This document shows, piece after piece, positions 24,701 through 38,362 of a stretch of 59,340 bases of DNA. How positions within the stretch are numbered: position 1 is the first letter of the stretch; every line of letters starts with the position of its first letter. Source of the DNA: Phoronis australis (lineage: Eukaryota > Animalia > Phoronida); contig NMRA01000787.1 of NCBI GenBank assembly GCA_002633005.1, positions 85,250-144,589 of the forward strand. The letters are read 5' to 3'. The notes under the pieces are model-generated. The model saw only the letters and a list, made by a program, of their open reading frames with translations, was not told the origin of the DNA and searched no databases. The position numbers were made by a program, and so were the translations under genes.

Positions 24701-27700
24701 AGCATACCAGCAGCTGACGCAGCAAGTAGAACTACTCCCGTTGATCACATTGGTGTAGACTCACAGTTGAACTGTGGTTTTCTGTAGACCCCAGACTGTC
24801 CCGAGTTGCACCATATACCAACTCCGGACGTTCTCTCACGACGATTAAGCGTTATGTGCTACCTAAAGCATCAAGATTTTTTAAATGCCAGAAATATCAC
24901 TTGCCACATCATGTCTACCCTGGACTGGAAAACTAGAAATCAGTGTTCACTGACCTTATTTGAAACTTGTATTATTTCAGTCTTTTGTCAAGCATACCAT
25001 GAAAGCATCAACAAGAAATTGGTGACTTTGTGTCTCCCAAATGAATGTAGTAGTCTCATTCGAGTTGGGAGCCCTGGATGTGTTCACTGATACTACTCGC
25101 TTGAACAATTTCTCCAGAACCTTGCTATGAAAATTTTTGTCTATAAACATTTTTTATTCCTAGAGCTTTGTATTTAATAGTATGCTGATGACCTTACATT
25201 TGTATTAGTAATTATCTGTATATTACTATTTCAGCCTTGAAAGACGGTGCCTTAGTACCTGTGTTGGCATTGTGTAACCATAGCGACGCCGTGGCTTTAC
25301 TTGCTGTGAGCACGCTCAGTCTGATTGTAGAACATCCTGATACGCACTCTATAATAATTGACAACAATCAAAATGTGTTGCCACGGATACTGGCTTTAAC
25401 AGCATCTGAAGATGCGCAGGTAAGTAGGAAAGGGAGTTGGAATATATGCAGGAACCATTTTTAGAAAAATGTGCCCATGAATCATTTGATCCACTTTACC
25501 TCAAACCTTAGGGCCTATTTTTAGGACCTATGTGTCACGTTAGTCGAATGTCTGTCCTTTTTTGATTTGATTTTTGGTGGTGGAATTTATACATTTTATG
25601 CATGATTTTGTCTGTTACCGTTAGTATGTGACACTATTAGTGATTGGTCTTAATGTCTAACTGTATTTCAGTTTAACTAAACTAATAAATCCATGGTTAG
25701 AATCTGCATTTTTTCAATATACTAGACCCCATACCGCTAAAAGTGTTGTTTTGATCAGCTGATCTGCATTGTATATGTGTTAGATTCTGAATTTCCTTGG
25801 ATATTAATCAAGACAAAATTAGGTGAAATTGTGACAGAAGTGAGCCAGTTGGCACAATTTATGCAGTCATTGTTTGTCAATGAATTTTTTATGTGGCAAT
25901 GATGCAGGCGCACTCCTAAAATTGTCCCTGCCTAAGGTATGGGTTTCTAACTGTGGCGGATACTTTGACCTCATGGGTATCATCTGACACCTCATGCTGT
26001 CAGTTATCATCTCATATGGATGAGCTGAGCTTTGGGGTGTCGATTGTATACCATCTCCGATGGGAAAATGAAATAATCTACATCGGGAGGGGTTATTGGC
26101 TCTCCCAGGATGTTGTCTCAGAATCTCTTTTTCTCCACTGCTCTGGTATTGAGGTGAAGTCAGTTTGAGTGTTTGGGTGCAGTCCCTTACCTAGTGTGTA
26201 GACGAGAACCTGCAAAGGAAAACAAGTCAGTCTCAAATGTTTCGTAACATTTTGTGTGTTAGAATGCTCATAGCTTTGAGGAATGTTAAAGCTGCAACTG
26301 GTATTGAATTTTGTTTCGTAATTCATATTATTTTGCTGCTTACCCTTATAAGACAGCTGAATTCAATTACTCACTTTGTAACCTTGACGAGGTATCACAA
26401 AATGATTTTGGCCCTGTCAATTGCGATTAAGTCATTCAAGGCTTGCCTATTCAAAACTCATAGGGGGTAATAAAACAATTGTCTAAGCAGCCAGAGGCCC
26501 ATTCCAAACAAAGTGACTTAAATTTCAGTTGATTTTACTATAAAACTTAAATTTGTCTCAAGTCTGTTTGAAAAAAAGAAATCTTAAGGTTGACTTAACC
26601 CTTATCCTGCGCTAGGAGAGGTCAGCTGACATGCCAATTATCCTATTAAAATGCATTGGGTGTACTCAATGGACTATAATAAGTTACAGCTGGGCTGCGC
26701 TAGGAGAGTGCACTCACCCCGGGACACTTGTGATTTTCATTCAGAAACTGTAAGAGCCGTGGAATGTTGTTTAGATATGTGACCATGAGCATTCCATACT
26801 TCACAACTTCCTCTACTGTTCTCCAATTTAAACCATATGGCTGTGATTACTAGTTTGGGAGATATTGGCAGGTTTATGTAAGTGTAGACACATAGTTTCA
26901 TTATACGGCTGGAGCCATAGGGAGAGGATGACAGTGGATCAGTTTACTTCCACCAAGGCTATGATAAAGACTTACACATGGTGAAAATTTCCATTAAATT
27001 CTGAACAAGTTTTGTATTGACTTCTTTTCTGTTAATTTAATATTTCTCTTTCAAATTTCCAATTTAAAATTGTTAGGTCATTTGTCTGGGTGACCTCCAC
27101 AACAGCTTAGTGTACAGTAGTAGTGGTGACCTACTTAGCTCAGCACACAGGGAAAGTAGTCTGAATAGAGGCACAGCAGGATAAGGGTTAATAAGTTTTT
27201 TACTTACTAGGTTTTGTCTTAATTTTTACTATCTTACCAGATGTGGAAATTTTAAAGTTTGGAAGTTGAGCCAAATCTTAGATAGCACTTAAGTCAAAAA
27301 TAGTTCCAGGTGATCAGTGCAATGGGCCCACATGGGTGGCCTGCGCACGTGTGGTGCTACTGTATGTGTACCAGACCTGGTACAATGTGTACCAGACTGC
27401 CTGCAATTATGAACTGAATTACTAGTGTTGTTTACGTGTGCTAAATTGCATTTAATTGTTGATATAGATGCAGGAAGTGTCTCTGAAAACACTGGCACAT
27501 TTGTCCATGGGAACAGATTGGCACCGACAGCGAATTATTCAGGTATAATCTTATGTCTTAAGAGGGCTGGGCAGCAACCCATTGTAGTCTGCACTCCAAT
27601 GTTTATTTTTTTTGCTCCAGGCACTGTGAGTGCTTTAATTGTATTTGTCTCATATTTCATGTCCTTTACCTGTTGCATGATCACTGACAAAGGGCAGTTG

Positions 27701-30700
27701 TGCCCAAAATGTATGGACACTAAATTCTATTTTAAAGACTGTTATGGATTGCCTGTTACAATTTTCCATGTACTTGATATAGTATTCTCTCTGAGAAGGC
27801 ATTTTGGTCGATTGTTTGAGTCCCACTGGGGCACACAGTTAGACCCCTGAGTCAGTTTTCTAGCTCCTCAGTTCGGTTAGTTTTAACTCAGCTTAATAAG
27901 CTAAAAGTGGTTCCAGGTGATTTATACTATGGGCATACCTGAGCGGCCTGCGTACATGTGATACAATGTGTACCAGACCTCTTGCAGTTATACATGTATG
28001 TAACAGTATTCTCTCTTCTGAATCATTGTTTTACAAATGAAATGTTTCTACTGCTGTAGGAGGACTTCACATCAGGCCGCAGCCTTATTAGGGCACTCCA
28101 GTCAAAGCAACGTAATCTTCAAGTGATGTGTAACGCCACCTGTCTCGTTGCTAACCTGGCCACTTCTGCACAGAATCAGGTAAATACAACTTCACTTACT
28201 TTTGAATTACCATTGAGTTCTTTGATGTTTGAGTAAGCTCCATGCAGCAACAATTTTGAAAATCGTTTTTGGTCATGTGATGTGGTGGAACCTTTGGTTT
28301 TCATGTGTTCACGTACACAGCTGGGTTCATATTGCTGTCCTATCTGTCTGGCCGTTAGGCACCCAATGCTGTTTCTCTTAATGCCCTTCCAGAATCTTCT
28401 GGGAAGTTGGCAGATGTTTTGTTACAAATGTGATAAAAATGACATCTTTTGAAAGGATCCAACTATTGCAGCTGTAGCCCTAGCACCAATTTTTTTCTTA
28501 ACATTTGCCTAGTATTATCTTTGGAGTTCCTTGACAGATTTTGATGAAATTTGGCAAATGGGTGATGATGCCAGCCTATCTTCAAATTTGATATTTTCTG
28601 TGCCACTGAGTGACCAATTTTTTAGTCTGTTTCTTGGCATCTGCCTCTGTCTTTGCCAAACATTCAAAGAATCGTTATAAAAATTGGCAGACGTGTTCCT
28701 AATGAGAAGACAGGCTGACATTAATTCTTGGTCAGGTGTAACTACTGTGCCATGCCCAGTGGCAATTTTGTTTTGTTTGTTTTGTATCCAACGCTGTATC
28801 CCCTTGAAAGGTCTTAGTGAAATTTGGAAATGGTATTCTTCTGAACGTGACAACAAATGGCAATTGCTTTCGGAAAGATCTGACTGCCGCTTTGCCTATG
28901 TATCTTCTGAGTTTCTTAACAGACTTTAATGAAATGTGGCAAATAGGTTTTTATTAAGTAGACAGTGCTGTCTTTCCATTTTCACACAAACTCAACTTAT
29001 TCTGTGCCACCTAGTGGATGTTTTTATTTTTAGGTCTTGTTTTTAGCGTAAGCCTCTCGGCTGTCGGCCAGACAGCATTAACCAACTTTGTTAATTTTCA
29101 TTAATTGCATATGATGATATGGATAAACACTCCTGGAAGCATGATATTGTTTACTTTGCAGTCACGGGAGCATTTCATTGGTCTTAATTACACATCATAA
29201 AACCACAAACTGGCTGAATAGAGTTCGTTTCCTTGACAGTTGGAAGGTTGTTACTGCTGAATTTTCTTCCAATTTGAAGTTTGCAATTTCGGTTTGACCT
29301 AACTAGTGTTGCGTGGCATTCCTGTGTGGCAGTTATTGTCTTTGGATTGTTCACAATATTAGTTCTGTAAGTTGGTAGAAATCCACACCAAACTGTTCGT
29401 TCATTGGAAAACATGTTTTAGTAGTACGATGTAATATGTACGCTGCGTCACATTTGAACTGAGAAAACCTTCATCGAATAGTAATGGTTCTTTTTGAAAG
29501 CACCCAGCAGACGTTGACTAGTTTTCTTTCATTTAAGTTCAGTTTGGATCTACTTGTATTTTAACGTATTTCTCAAATGTATCGTGTCTGCAGCAATTCA
29601 AATGAGGCTGTCCGTCATTATTAAATTATGCTTTGGTCACATACATGTATCAGTTGATGCTTGCCCAATCTTGCTGATTGATTGTGATCATGACTGGGTG
29701 ATTTTTCATGTGATCGGTGATAGTTATGGGTGTGCTTTTGTAACACCAGCGCCTGTCTGGTGCGCCTGATAATTGCCTGATATGACTGTTTTCACAACAA
29801 ACTCGTCAAGTATGGATAAAAGATTGTTTATCGATGGGAACACATATGATTGATTAGTGTATTTACCTGTGGATGCTCATACTTGAGCAAAAAGAGACCA
29901 CCAGCAGATACTTTGTGATTGTTTCAGAGTGCCTTACAAGACCTCATGGGGTGCGTGACTCAAATGCTGAGTTTTTATCGTGAACACTTCGACCTAATGT
30001 GTCACTGCTCAAGAGCTATTGCAAACTTTGCACAGTATCGTCAAAACATTGGTCAGCTGGTGAGTATATGATTTGGTTGCTACAAGATAAATTTGAAAAG
30101 CCTGAACATTTTCATGCGCCCACATTTTATAATAATCAAAATTATTTTATATGTATGGGTTCATATTGCCGTCATCTCTGTATCTACTAAACCCTCGCAG
30201 GATCTCAATGAGATTTGCAAGTGTGTTCCTATGAAGCTGACGACAGGTGACGGTGACTTTCGGACTGATCCAACTACTGCTGTGCCCCCTAGTGGCAATT
30301 TTAGTTTTCATAGTTTCCTCTGTATGGCAAATATGTTTCTGTTATGAATGCGACGACACTTGTTCATTTTCAAATGTTTTTGTTGATTCTGCGCCATTGC
30401 GTAATTTTGAGTCCGTTTTTAGCAACCGTCTTTCTCCAAACCGCTTGTAAGCCATTATGAAAATTAGCAGGTGTTTTCCTGATGATGAGGCCACAGTTGA
30501 CGTTGATTTTCAGGCGTGTTTGACAACTATGGCCTCCCGTAGTGGGTATTTGTCTTCATTTTGCATCCAAGTCTGTATGTCCTTAATCCTTTGCAGGTAC
30601 TTAGGGAAATTCAACAGATATTTTCTTATAGAGTTGACAAGATATAATGACGAGTTTCAGCCCAATCCGGCAATTGGTGCACCCCTTGTGACAATTTTAT

Positions 30701-31753
30701 TTTTTATGTTTTCGTGACTGTGTTTTCGAGGCTCATTAATGGATATGCAAGAGATTTGACAAAAAGGTTTCTAGTAAGGTGATGACAATGCCTTTCCAAG
30801 TAGCTGGGATTTTTAACAGTTTCAAGTCCATTTTTGGTGTCCACCTCTTTATCTGTCAAACTACTTGACAAATTGTAGTGAAAATTGGCAGATGTGTTTC
30901 TGATGAGAAGGCCGCGGCTGGTGGTGTTGATATTCACATGATTCCGAAAGGTTGATATAAAGAAGATATTAAATCGTTTGGTGCATAGCTGTTGTTATTC
31001 ATTTCAGTTGCCAGTGGTTCCTGACATCATCAAGTATTGTCTCCACAGTCGTCATGATGCTCTCAGATTTCAAGGAATGAGAGCACTTCTCCATCTGATG
31101 TGTCACTCTAGGAAACCAGTCGTAGCGGACCTTCTGAAGTAAGACTTCACTGGAGTTGTATTGTGACATTTGCAGACCAGTAGAGACTATAGACAATTCC
31201 AATTTTTTTACTCACACGATTCATAGAGAAAAAAAAAACTTCTGCTACCTTAGCACTGAAGCCTGACTCTCTTAACAAGGTTACAAAATGGTCACCACAA
31301 TTTAAAAGCATGCCTCCCGATATCGACTGCACTATATATTTATAGAACATCATTGATATTTGTACGTAGACACTGTAAATTCATGCACCACTGATGCAAA
31401 CATTATCCTTTAGACTGTGCAGTAATTGTCTTTGTACACTGCTGCTTATATGATACGAAGACTCTAAGTAATTGAATGTGTGTATACTGGATAATAAAAA
31501 AGAACAGTCTTCTAACAAGCAGGTGAGTCAACGACGGCGAAAGCTTGATGCCGGCTGGAAGGAAATTATGACAATGTTCACAATGTTTGTTTTATGAATT
31601 AAGATTTAGTCATGACTGTATCCCATTGTGGGCTTGTCTTGTAGCCATGGTGCTGCTGAGATGTTTGAGTGCCTAGTAGAGGTTCCTGGAGTCATGGATG
31701 CCATTCAACTTGCCATTCTGAAGAACACACCTGAAAGGGCACGTCCCATGTAA
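18786..31753 (+). CDS. FYVE zinc finger + armadillo-like repeat protein (~430 aa; 5' end uncertain)
   Basis: Phase-compatible GT-AG exons 18786-18909, 20085-20183, 22530-22661, 23216-23307, 24056-24150, 25235-25419, 27468-27542, 28060-28179, 29928-30059, 31008-31138, 31645-31753 (TAA). FYVE motifs WMED, CxxC, RRKHHCRQCG, CxxC, RVCxxC. ARM-like helices VVELGGLHVLIHLA, LVESGAIKAIC, NATCLVANLA, SRAIANFA. Confidence 0.88.
21033..21815 (+). pseudogene. Truncated THAP-domain transposase N-terminus
   Basis: CCVP, LHRFP, W, VCGKHF, RLKKDAIPSV (THAP signature; second Cys lost), followed by a disrupted CQVC...WEC segment; no DDE core. Confidence 0.8.
21845..22156 (-). pseudogene. Truncated KolX-like (P2X7 C-terminus-like Cys-rich) ORF
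   Basis: Acidic N-terminus, YMFEP, WCKCTVCVVMPTSMECLCCSE; lies opposite the THAP ORF inside the TIRs. Confidence 0.75.
26599..27187. mobile_element. piggyBac-type MITE
   Basis: TTAA at 26595-26598 and 27188-27191; 12-bp TIR CCCTTATCCTGC / GCAGGATAAGGG. Confidence 0.85.
28310..29170 (+). repeat. Helentron/DINE-1-like non-autonomous element with internal tandem subunits (boundaries approximate)
   Basis: Starts with GGGTTCATATTGC + CTGTCC/CTGTCT; recurring ATGAAATTTGGCA and GTGCCA....AGTGG-ATTTT subunits shared with the 30.1, 46.3 and 48.6 kb regions. Confidence 0.55.
30112..30950 (+). repeat. Helentron/DINE-1-like element with internal subunits (boundaries approximate)
   Basis: TTTTCATGCGCCCACAT...ATGTATGGGTTCATATTGCCGTC start; TGTGCCCCCTAGTGGCAATTTT and ATGAAAATT(G/A)GCA subunits. 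Confidence 0.6.
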
Positions 31754-34041
31754 ACTGAAAGAATGGAATCTGTACAGTTTTATAACAGAGAGTGCTACTT
31801 ACTATCTTGGGAGAGAGCATGGTCTGTGTTGGAGAGAGCTTGTCTTGTGATCGAGAGATATGAAGGAAAGATGTTGTGCCCATGTTTTTACAGAAGTCAA
31901 ATGGTTGTGAACATACATGGCTGAAAAGGAATTCTCTGGAAGAAATGAGAGTTGTTTTTTGTGCGGAGAAAGAGTAATATAGGATTGGCACATAATAGCC
32001 TGAATTTGTCTGGAGACGTTTGTCAGGCACAAATTCTGCAAAAATATGTGCTTTAAAACCAGATAGACAATCATCTATTTTGTGGCGATGTACATTACGG
32101 TAATGGTGTGTCCTCTGGTGTGTTGAGTCCTTCGAACAAAGTTCTTGCAAGATGAGCAAGATCACACACAACCTTGCAATGTCATATGACCAGTGAAAGG
32201 CGAGTGTTTCACAAGTGACCTGTTTAAAGATGGTTACCAATAAACTGATAAGTTGGCAAGATTGGAATGTTGAAATACATTACCACCCAATAACCACCCT
32301 AACGCTTTCTATACCAAGGGAAATTGCTAAATCCGGTACTGCCATTTCTTGGGGTGTTGTGGCCATCTGTGGTCACATTCCGTGTGTAGAGATTTCTTGC
32401 TGAAGGGGTCTTGCATTTACCATCCTGGCTACTCTCACCAGATGTCAGGCAAGTTGATATCCTGTGAGTGCTTGACTGTCTTCTTGCCTAATTACAGTGT
32501 CCATTGAACAAGCACTCAGACTTACCTTGCATGTCCCACAAATTCTAGTACAGTACAAGGCAAAAATTGACAAGATACAATGCCCATTCCAGTCACGACT
32601 GATAACACTACTAGGACTATTATTGCAGCAAAATTCTACTTTAGAATGACTTATCCACTTCTGTAATTTTCCTGTAACTCACTTTCATTCCTGGTTATGA
32701 GGGACGTCTGCTGTGACTGTGAATTAGTCTTTTGCCCAGTTGTCATGACAGGGAAATCTGGGTCATTTTGTCTAAGTATTTTTGACATTTACTGTAGAGT
32801 TAATCTTGTGATCAGAAGTGAACAGTGAGCATGTGTGATGATTTAGCTTGAGGCAGAACTTGTGTATGAGATATTATCCTTCTCAGGGAACTTGATTAAA
32901 TCTATGGAGCGAATGATGTGATGCACTGTGAAATATCTAGCAATCATTAGGAAGTTACATTTCCCATCTTGTTACATTAAGGGAAACATTTCTGATACTA
33001 CAGAAACTGATCTTCTTTCCCGACAAACTTTGTGCTGCTTACTAAATGTGAAACTTTGCAAGTGAAATAATACTGGGTTTCGTATGAAAGTATGACTAAT
33101 CTGCAAAAATTAGTGTCAGATCTATGGCGGATGGGGTCACGAGGTTTAAACCTCCACTGAGCAGGCTTGACAAGAAGGCGCCATGAAGAAAAGACTGTGC
33201 CGGCACTGTGTGTAAACTCCCATCCGCAAAATGGTAGATTTGCTGCTGACAGTGTACGATTGTATGATCATTCCAATTTACAAGGAGCATAGCTGAATGT
33301 TTTTGACGCCTGTATTTAACACTTGATCCATTGAACTGTTGTGTTTGTTTTTTAGAAGTTTCTGGAGAATTCTAAAATTTCCATTCAGTAAATTTCTATA
33401 ATTGTCCAAGAAATTTCTGAGAAATAAATTGCTGATTCAAGCTGCTTTCTTATAACCAAATGGGGAATCATTGGTAACATGCTAACCGAGCTCATCAAAA
33501 TGGGCTTTGAAATTCCCTTGTCATGACAAGATTAGTTCCAACATTCAGTGGTTATTCAGTGGTGAAAACTGGTTCTCAAAATGTTACGTTATATCCAATT
33601 ATTACCCATGAAAACACGACTTTGTAGTGCATATCATCGATTCCCAGACTCTTCAGAGAGAGATGGCACTGTGTCACCGTTTTAAGGAAAAGGATCCCCC
33701 ACACCACCATCTTGATTTTGATGGAGGTTGATTTTTGCGAATTGACCTGCATGGGACTTTAATTTAGTTAACCCATTTTCAATTTGGATATTAAAGTGGA
33801 ACTGCTGGTTTTTTGCCAAATGCTCTGGCTCTGGATATTTATGTTTGATAATGCGAGTAATGATGTCTGAAACTACAGGAACTGTGATCCCAGGTAAACT
33901 ATTCAAAAATGCGTCGTTATTATGGCAGAATTGGTTGTTTGTAATAATCTACAACAAGCAATGGTCAATAATTTGCAACCTAGCATTTAGTCAAAAATGG
34001 CAAACATGAATTAATATCACAAAAGAATCACTAGAGTGTAG

Positions 34042-34079
34042 TACAATACAATACAATACAATACAATACAATGCAATAC
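34042..34079. repeat. (TACAA)n microsatellite
   Basis: About 7 tandem TACAA units. Confidence 0.9.
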
Positions 34080-35001
34080 CAAACATTACAATATAACACA
34101 TCGGACTTTGGGAAAAGAATTTTTCATTTTCATGCTAAAAAAGTAAAACATAATAAAATCACCAGCCAATAAATACTTACCTAAAATACAAAATTGCATT
34201 AAAAACACTGTATCAAATTCTCCAGTTTAAAACCATTTCTAGAGATATGGATGCAAATTGATCAACAGTTTACAGACTTGGTATCTCAATTTTCTGAAGA
34301 AATCAGTTATTCAGTTGTTCTAGTTTTTAAAGTTAAAACTGCATTTAATCATTGGTCAGCTGCCAAAAAACGAAAAATGAATTTAGCCACATAAGCTCAT
34401 ACAATTTATCTCATTATATTCCTTATGATCGGACTAGATTTCCACTGCCAACAAGAATATCAAATTGATCAGCGACTCGAAAAAAATTTTATTGGGGTTG
34501 GCCAATTTTAAAATTTCACACTCAAATTGTTAAGTTGCTGGCTCATTTGGGCACCGATTCAGTGTTGGACAAGTGTTGTTTTTCAACCCTAAACGGCTTT
34601 GGTTACGAACATTGGCAGCTTAACAACATTGAAATACCCCTTTAAGTACTTGTCAAAATTTTACATTCTTAGTATAAAGAAATCAATGCAAAATCATGAA
34701 AATTGTAAAGGGAAATGTACAACGGCAAAATTTCAAAACCTCAAATTAGGCACAGATAGCCATTTCAGTCAATATTACTCATTCAAACAATTCCTCATAT
34801 TTACACATTACAATTTCTTGCAATTATCAAATTTTCTCACAACCATAATGTAACTACCACTAGCACTTTCACAAGCCATGAGAAGAGATGTGTTCATGAG
34901 AACAGAATGCTGTTAGTGAAGCAAGAATATAAGCTGATACGGTTCACGAGAAAAGAACACTGGCTACTTGCCTAATCTCATGACCTGGCATATGGTCAAG
35001 A

Positions 35002-38000
35002 TCATAATCGTTTCAAGTTACGCTTGCTCTTCTTAGTTGCCACAGTTTTACAAACACTGTGTATTGCCATGGTGAGTGAGCAAGGTCGTGACCCGTGGAA
35101 GTTATCTAAACAACGAACACAGAAGTCGAACAAACAAGATGATCTTTGGCATCGTCCTCTCTCTTCAACTTTATGTACACTGGATATAGACTGACAACGT
35201 GGACACCTTCTGTAGGACTCGTCAGGACTGGACATGGGTAATTCCTAGAAGTGAGTATGTAATTTATCTCACAGATGTAGAAGCGTTCAGGCCTTTGTCT
35301 AGCAGGTGACCAAATGGACACACTGAATCAGATTTAGACACTCTAAATAGGGCGCCCTTTCCAGCATTTAAATGCCCTATTTGGATGCCCAAGTAAAGTA
35401 AGCAAGTTGGCATCAGAGTCTCTTTGAACTCACTAAGAGTTCTGAAACTGAAAGCTCATTGTCCTGACCAGAATAAGAGTTAGTCAAAATATGACGTAAG
35501 ATACAATAAACGTAATTTCAGACAAGGTCTCACCAGAGACATACCACATTATATAATCAAACTGACTTGGGGATCCGGTCATAAAAATGCAGTCACACAC
35601 CATTGGCCATGGAGGCACTGAGAAATTCAAAACTCATTCCGGAAGCCCTAAGTTTGAAATCCTGGATGAAACCCTAGTCACATTATGTTTTTGGATTAAC
35701 GATTGGTGAATGTCACACCATGGCAGGTCTCAGAAAGATTTTAATTTCAAAAACGTGAATTTCTATGTTTTGGTTAAAAAATTATACAGTTATGTGTCAT
35801 AATTTGATTGAAGAATATTATGTAACCAAAAATTGTAAAATACCTTTTATTATTATGTACCTAAGATAACATAAAACAAACCTTGGTATTGGGAAAAGAA
35901 TGGCTTTTCTGTGGAGCACCAGGTTTTGAGTTTGTGTTAGTGAGATCGCTTGAAGATTGCACAGCCTTCAGGACGCCTGTGGAGAAGGACATGTTGTTTG
36001 TTGTCTTTAATTTACAGGAAGCATAGGTTGGATTTTCCTGGAAATAAAACAAGAGAATGTTCAGTTATCATCAAAATACACCAAGAATCACTCTGCCCTG
36101 ATTGACATTCACTATTCTACCACATGGTTTTAATTTTGAGTTTATACTGCAATAAACTTCCCTTAAGTTGAAAAAACTTGAACCTGCCACAGTCGAAATT
36201 GGTTACAATCTACCCTGTTTAGAACATTAACAGCAATACAACGAGCAAACTTCAAGTAGTGATTTTACCAATGTATTTTGGTACTGGTCAGAATCGTTTA
36301 CAAAGTACACCTTTGTAACAAAAACGGAGATATTACGCTCAAAATTCCCATCCCTCTATTTAAAGTATGCAATTCAGTTTTGCAATGTGACTGTAGTACA
36401 TTCTACAAACAAGCAATGGAAAATGTCAAAATTAAATATGACTTTGACCCGGGCCCTGGTTTTTGTTGTTTGAGACAGGCTAAATAAGTTGGCGTAAACT
36501 GGTGGCTATTTATGAGACAGGCACGATTTCAAGTACAATATCGTCAGCACTTGCAGAGTCCACATAACTTTTCATCTCAGTAAGGAACAAGTTGAGACTA
36601 ATCTTTGCAAATGGCCGAAAACAATTTTTGGCAAGAGGGAGAGTTATAGCTCCAGTGCTTATCTTGACTTGCGGAGTTTATAAGTACTTAGGTTGTACGC
36701 CAGTTGTAGAACAGCGTTTTTCCTGAAGTGTCAGGTGAAAAAAGCTTACCTTTCCGTGAAGGTGGAGACTTTGCATCTGGTAGCGCTTGTATGCTCTTTT
36801 GTCACTTTTAACAATGGCCTTCCAATCAGCATTCACTTTAACAACCCTTCAATTAAATGTGTAAATGTGTTTGACAATTTAAAAAATACTGTAATTGTCT
36901 TCATTTTGCTATATAGCGAAATTACCGAAACCACTGAGAATTTACAGAATTTTAAAATTTTTAAAAAGAACTTTATGCTTAATAAAAATATCTCTAAAAC
37001 TTTATCTGAAAGTCACGTAGGATTTTAACGACAAGTCTATGCATTCCAAGTATCTTCAAAACTATATAATTCAGTACCTGATTTGTGAATACAGAATGCT
37101 TGTAGGATGTGATTTTCAACTTTGTGAATTCAATTAGACATTTCTGAGTTAAAATGTTCTAAACTTTGCCAAATTTGGACATTTTCAGAGTCTACATCAT
37201 CTTACTTGACTTAATTTTCACCACAAACATATCTTACGAAACAGTGAGGCGTTTAAAAGCACTTTTTATGGCTACACACAAGTCTCTTAATCTGGAATCT
37301 AAATGTTTTTGACATTCTATAGGATAAAGCGTTTAACTGCAAGGAAATGAGAGCTTGTAGCGATTGGGTTTTGAAATATTCTGTTTGAAATTGCTGAATT
37401 GTTTTCCCAGGGTGTGTTTAATTGGAACACGGACTGAACAAACAAGAGTGGTTTTTTGAACAGTTTTACCTGCATAGATCCTCCATAGAAAGGTAGGCGA
37501 GTATCTGTGACACACAGGCAGTCATATTTCTACATTTCAACTCTGACAGTATATCGACCTTTAGCAACCCCATCTTCCGACCTACTAGCCTATCTGGATA
37601 TGCTGGCGTTACGCGCGATAACACATCATCAAAACTCTGTGTAACTTCGGAGGATAGCTTGCTTTTAGTAGAAGACTGTGTGTTTGACAGGTTAGATGCA
37701 TTGGCAGAGTTGTCGATTAATGAAGATAGTTCGTAGAATCCACTGTCAGCGATGGAATAGTTCGCTAAAGAGAAACGTTTGGGCTTAACACATGGGCTAC
37801 TGAATGTGTTGCTTGCATTTGCTGACAGCTTTGATGTATTCATGTAACTGAGTTCATTTCCCCTGAGTTGAATATGGGTCCACTCATTGTTTTGACAGAC
37901 ATTATGGCCAGTATGCAATGCGCTTGATTGTTCATGAGATTCAAGATAGCTGTGACTTGATGACTGATTGAAACTGGCATCAACAGAAGCAGAAGTGGAA

Positions 38001-38362
38001 TCTAACTGTAGAACAGGTGCTTTCCTCAGACCTCCCAAGCTGCCAAATGTAGCGCTTGTCTTCACTATGAATGGCGTTGAGCTGCTGCCACTGCGAGACT
38101 TTAAGGCGTGGAATTCTTTGTCCAAATTTACCTCTAAGAACTGTGAAGGTTTTTGAGGTATATTTGGCTTAGAACTACATGTAACTGGTCTCTCGAATGC
38201 AGATAGAGTTTTAGAGGTTTCCATTTCACATGCTGGATGCACAAATTTATCGCCAACAACAACTGTACAGGGGAGTATGTCAGTAGTGGCTCCATGTGTT
38301 TCTGGGATCTGTGTGGACTCCAACTTTGACTTAACAACTGTAAAGTCTCTTAAATTAGTCAT
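35002..38362 (-). CDS. FBXO43: Emi1/Emi2 (FBXO5/FBXO43)-family APC/C inhibitor, ~462 aa
   Basis: Exons 38362-37470 (acceptor at 38368), 36846-36750, 36037-35882, 35244-35002 join in frame. Motifs: RLVGRKMGL..VDILSEL F-box, WKAIVKSD, ZBR CPRC...C..C.FDFCVRC...HGSRPC, C-terminal SKRNLKRL tail. The symbol was chosen from POLR2K adjacency; the gene is probably co-orthologous to FBXO5 and FBXO43. Confidence 0.9.

Noticed and set aside
31692-32240. 182-aa minus-strand ORF
   Set aside because: Antisense to the last exon and 3' UTR of the FYVE-ARM gene; no recognisable motif.
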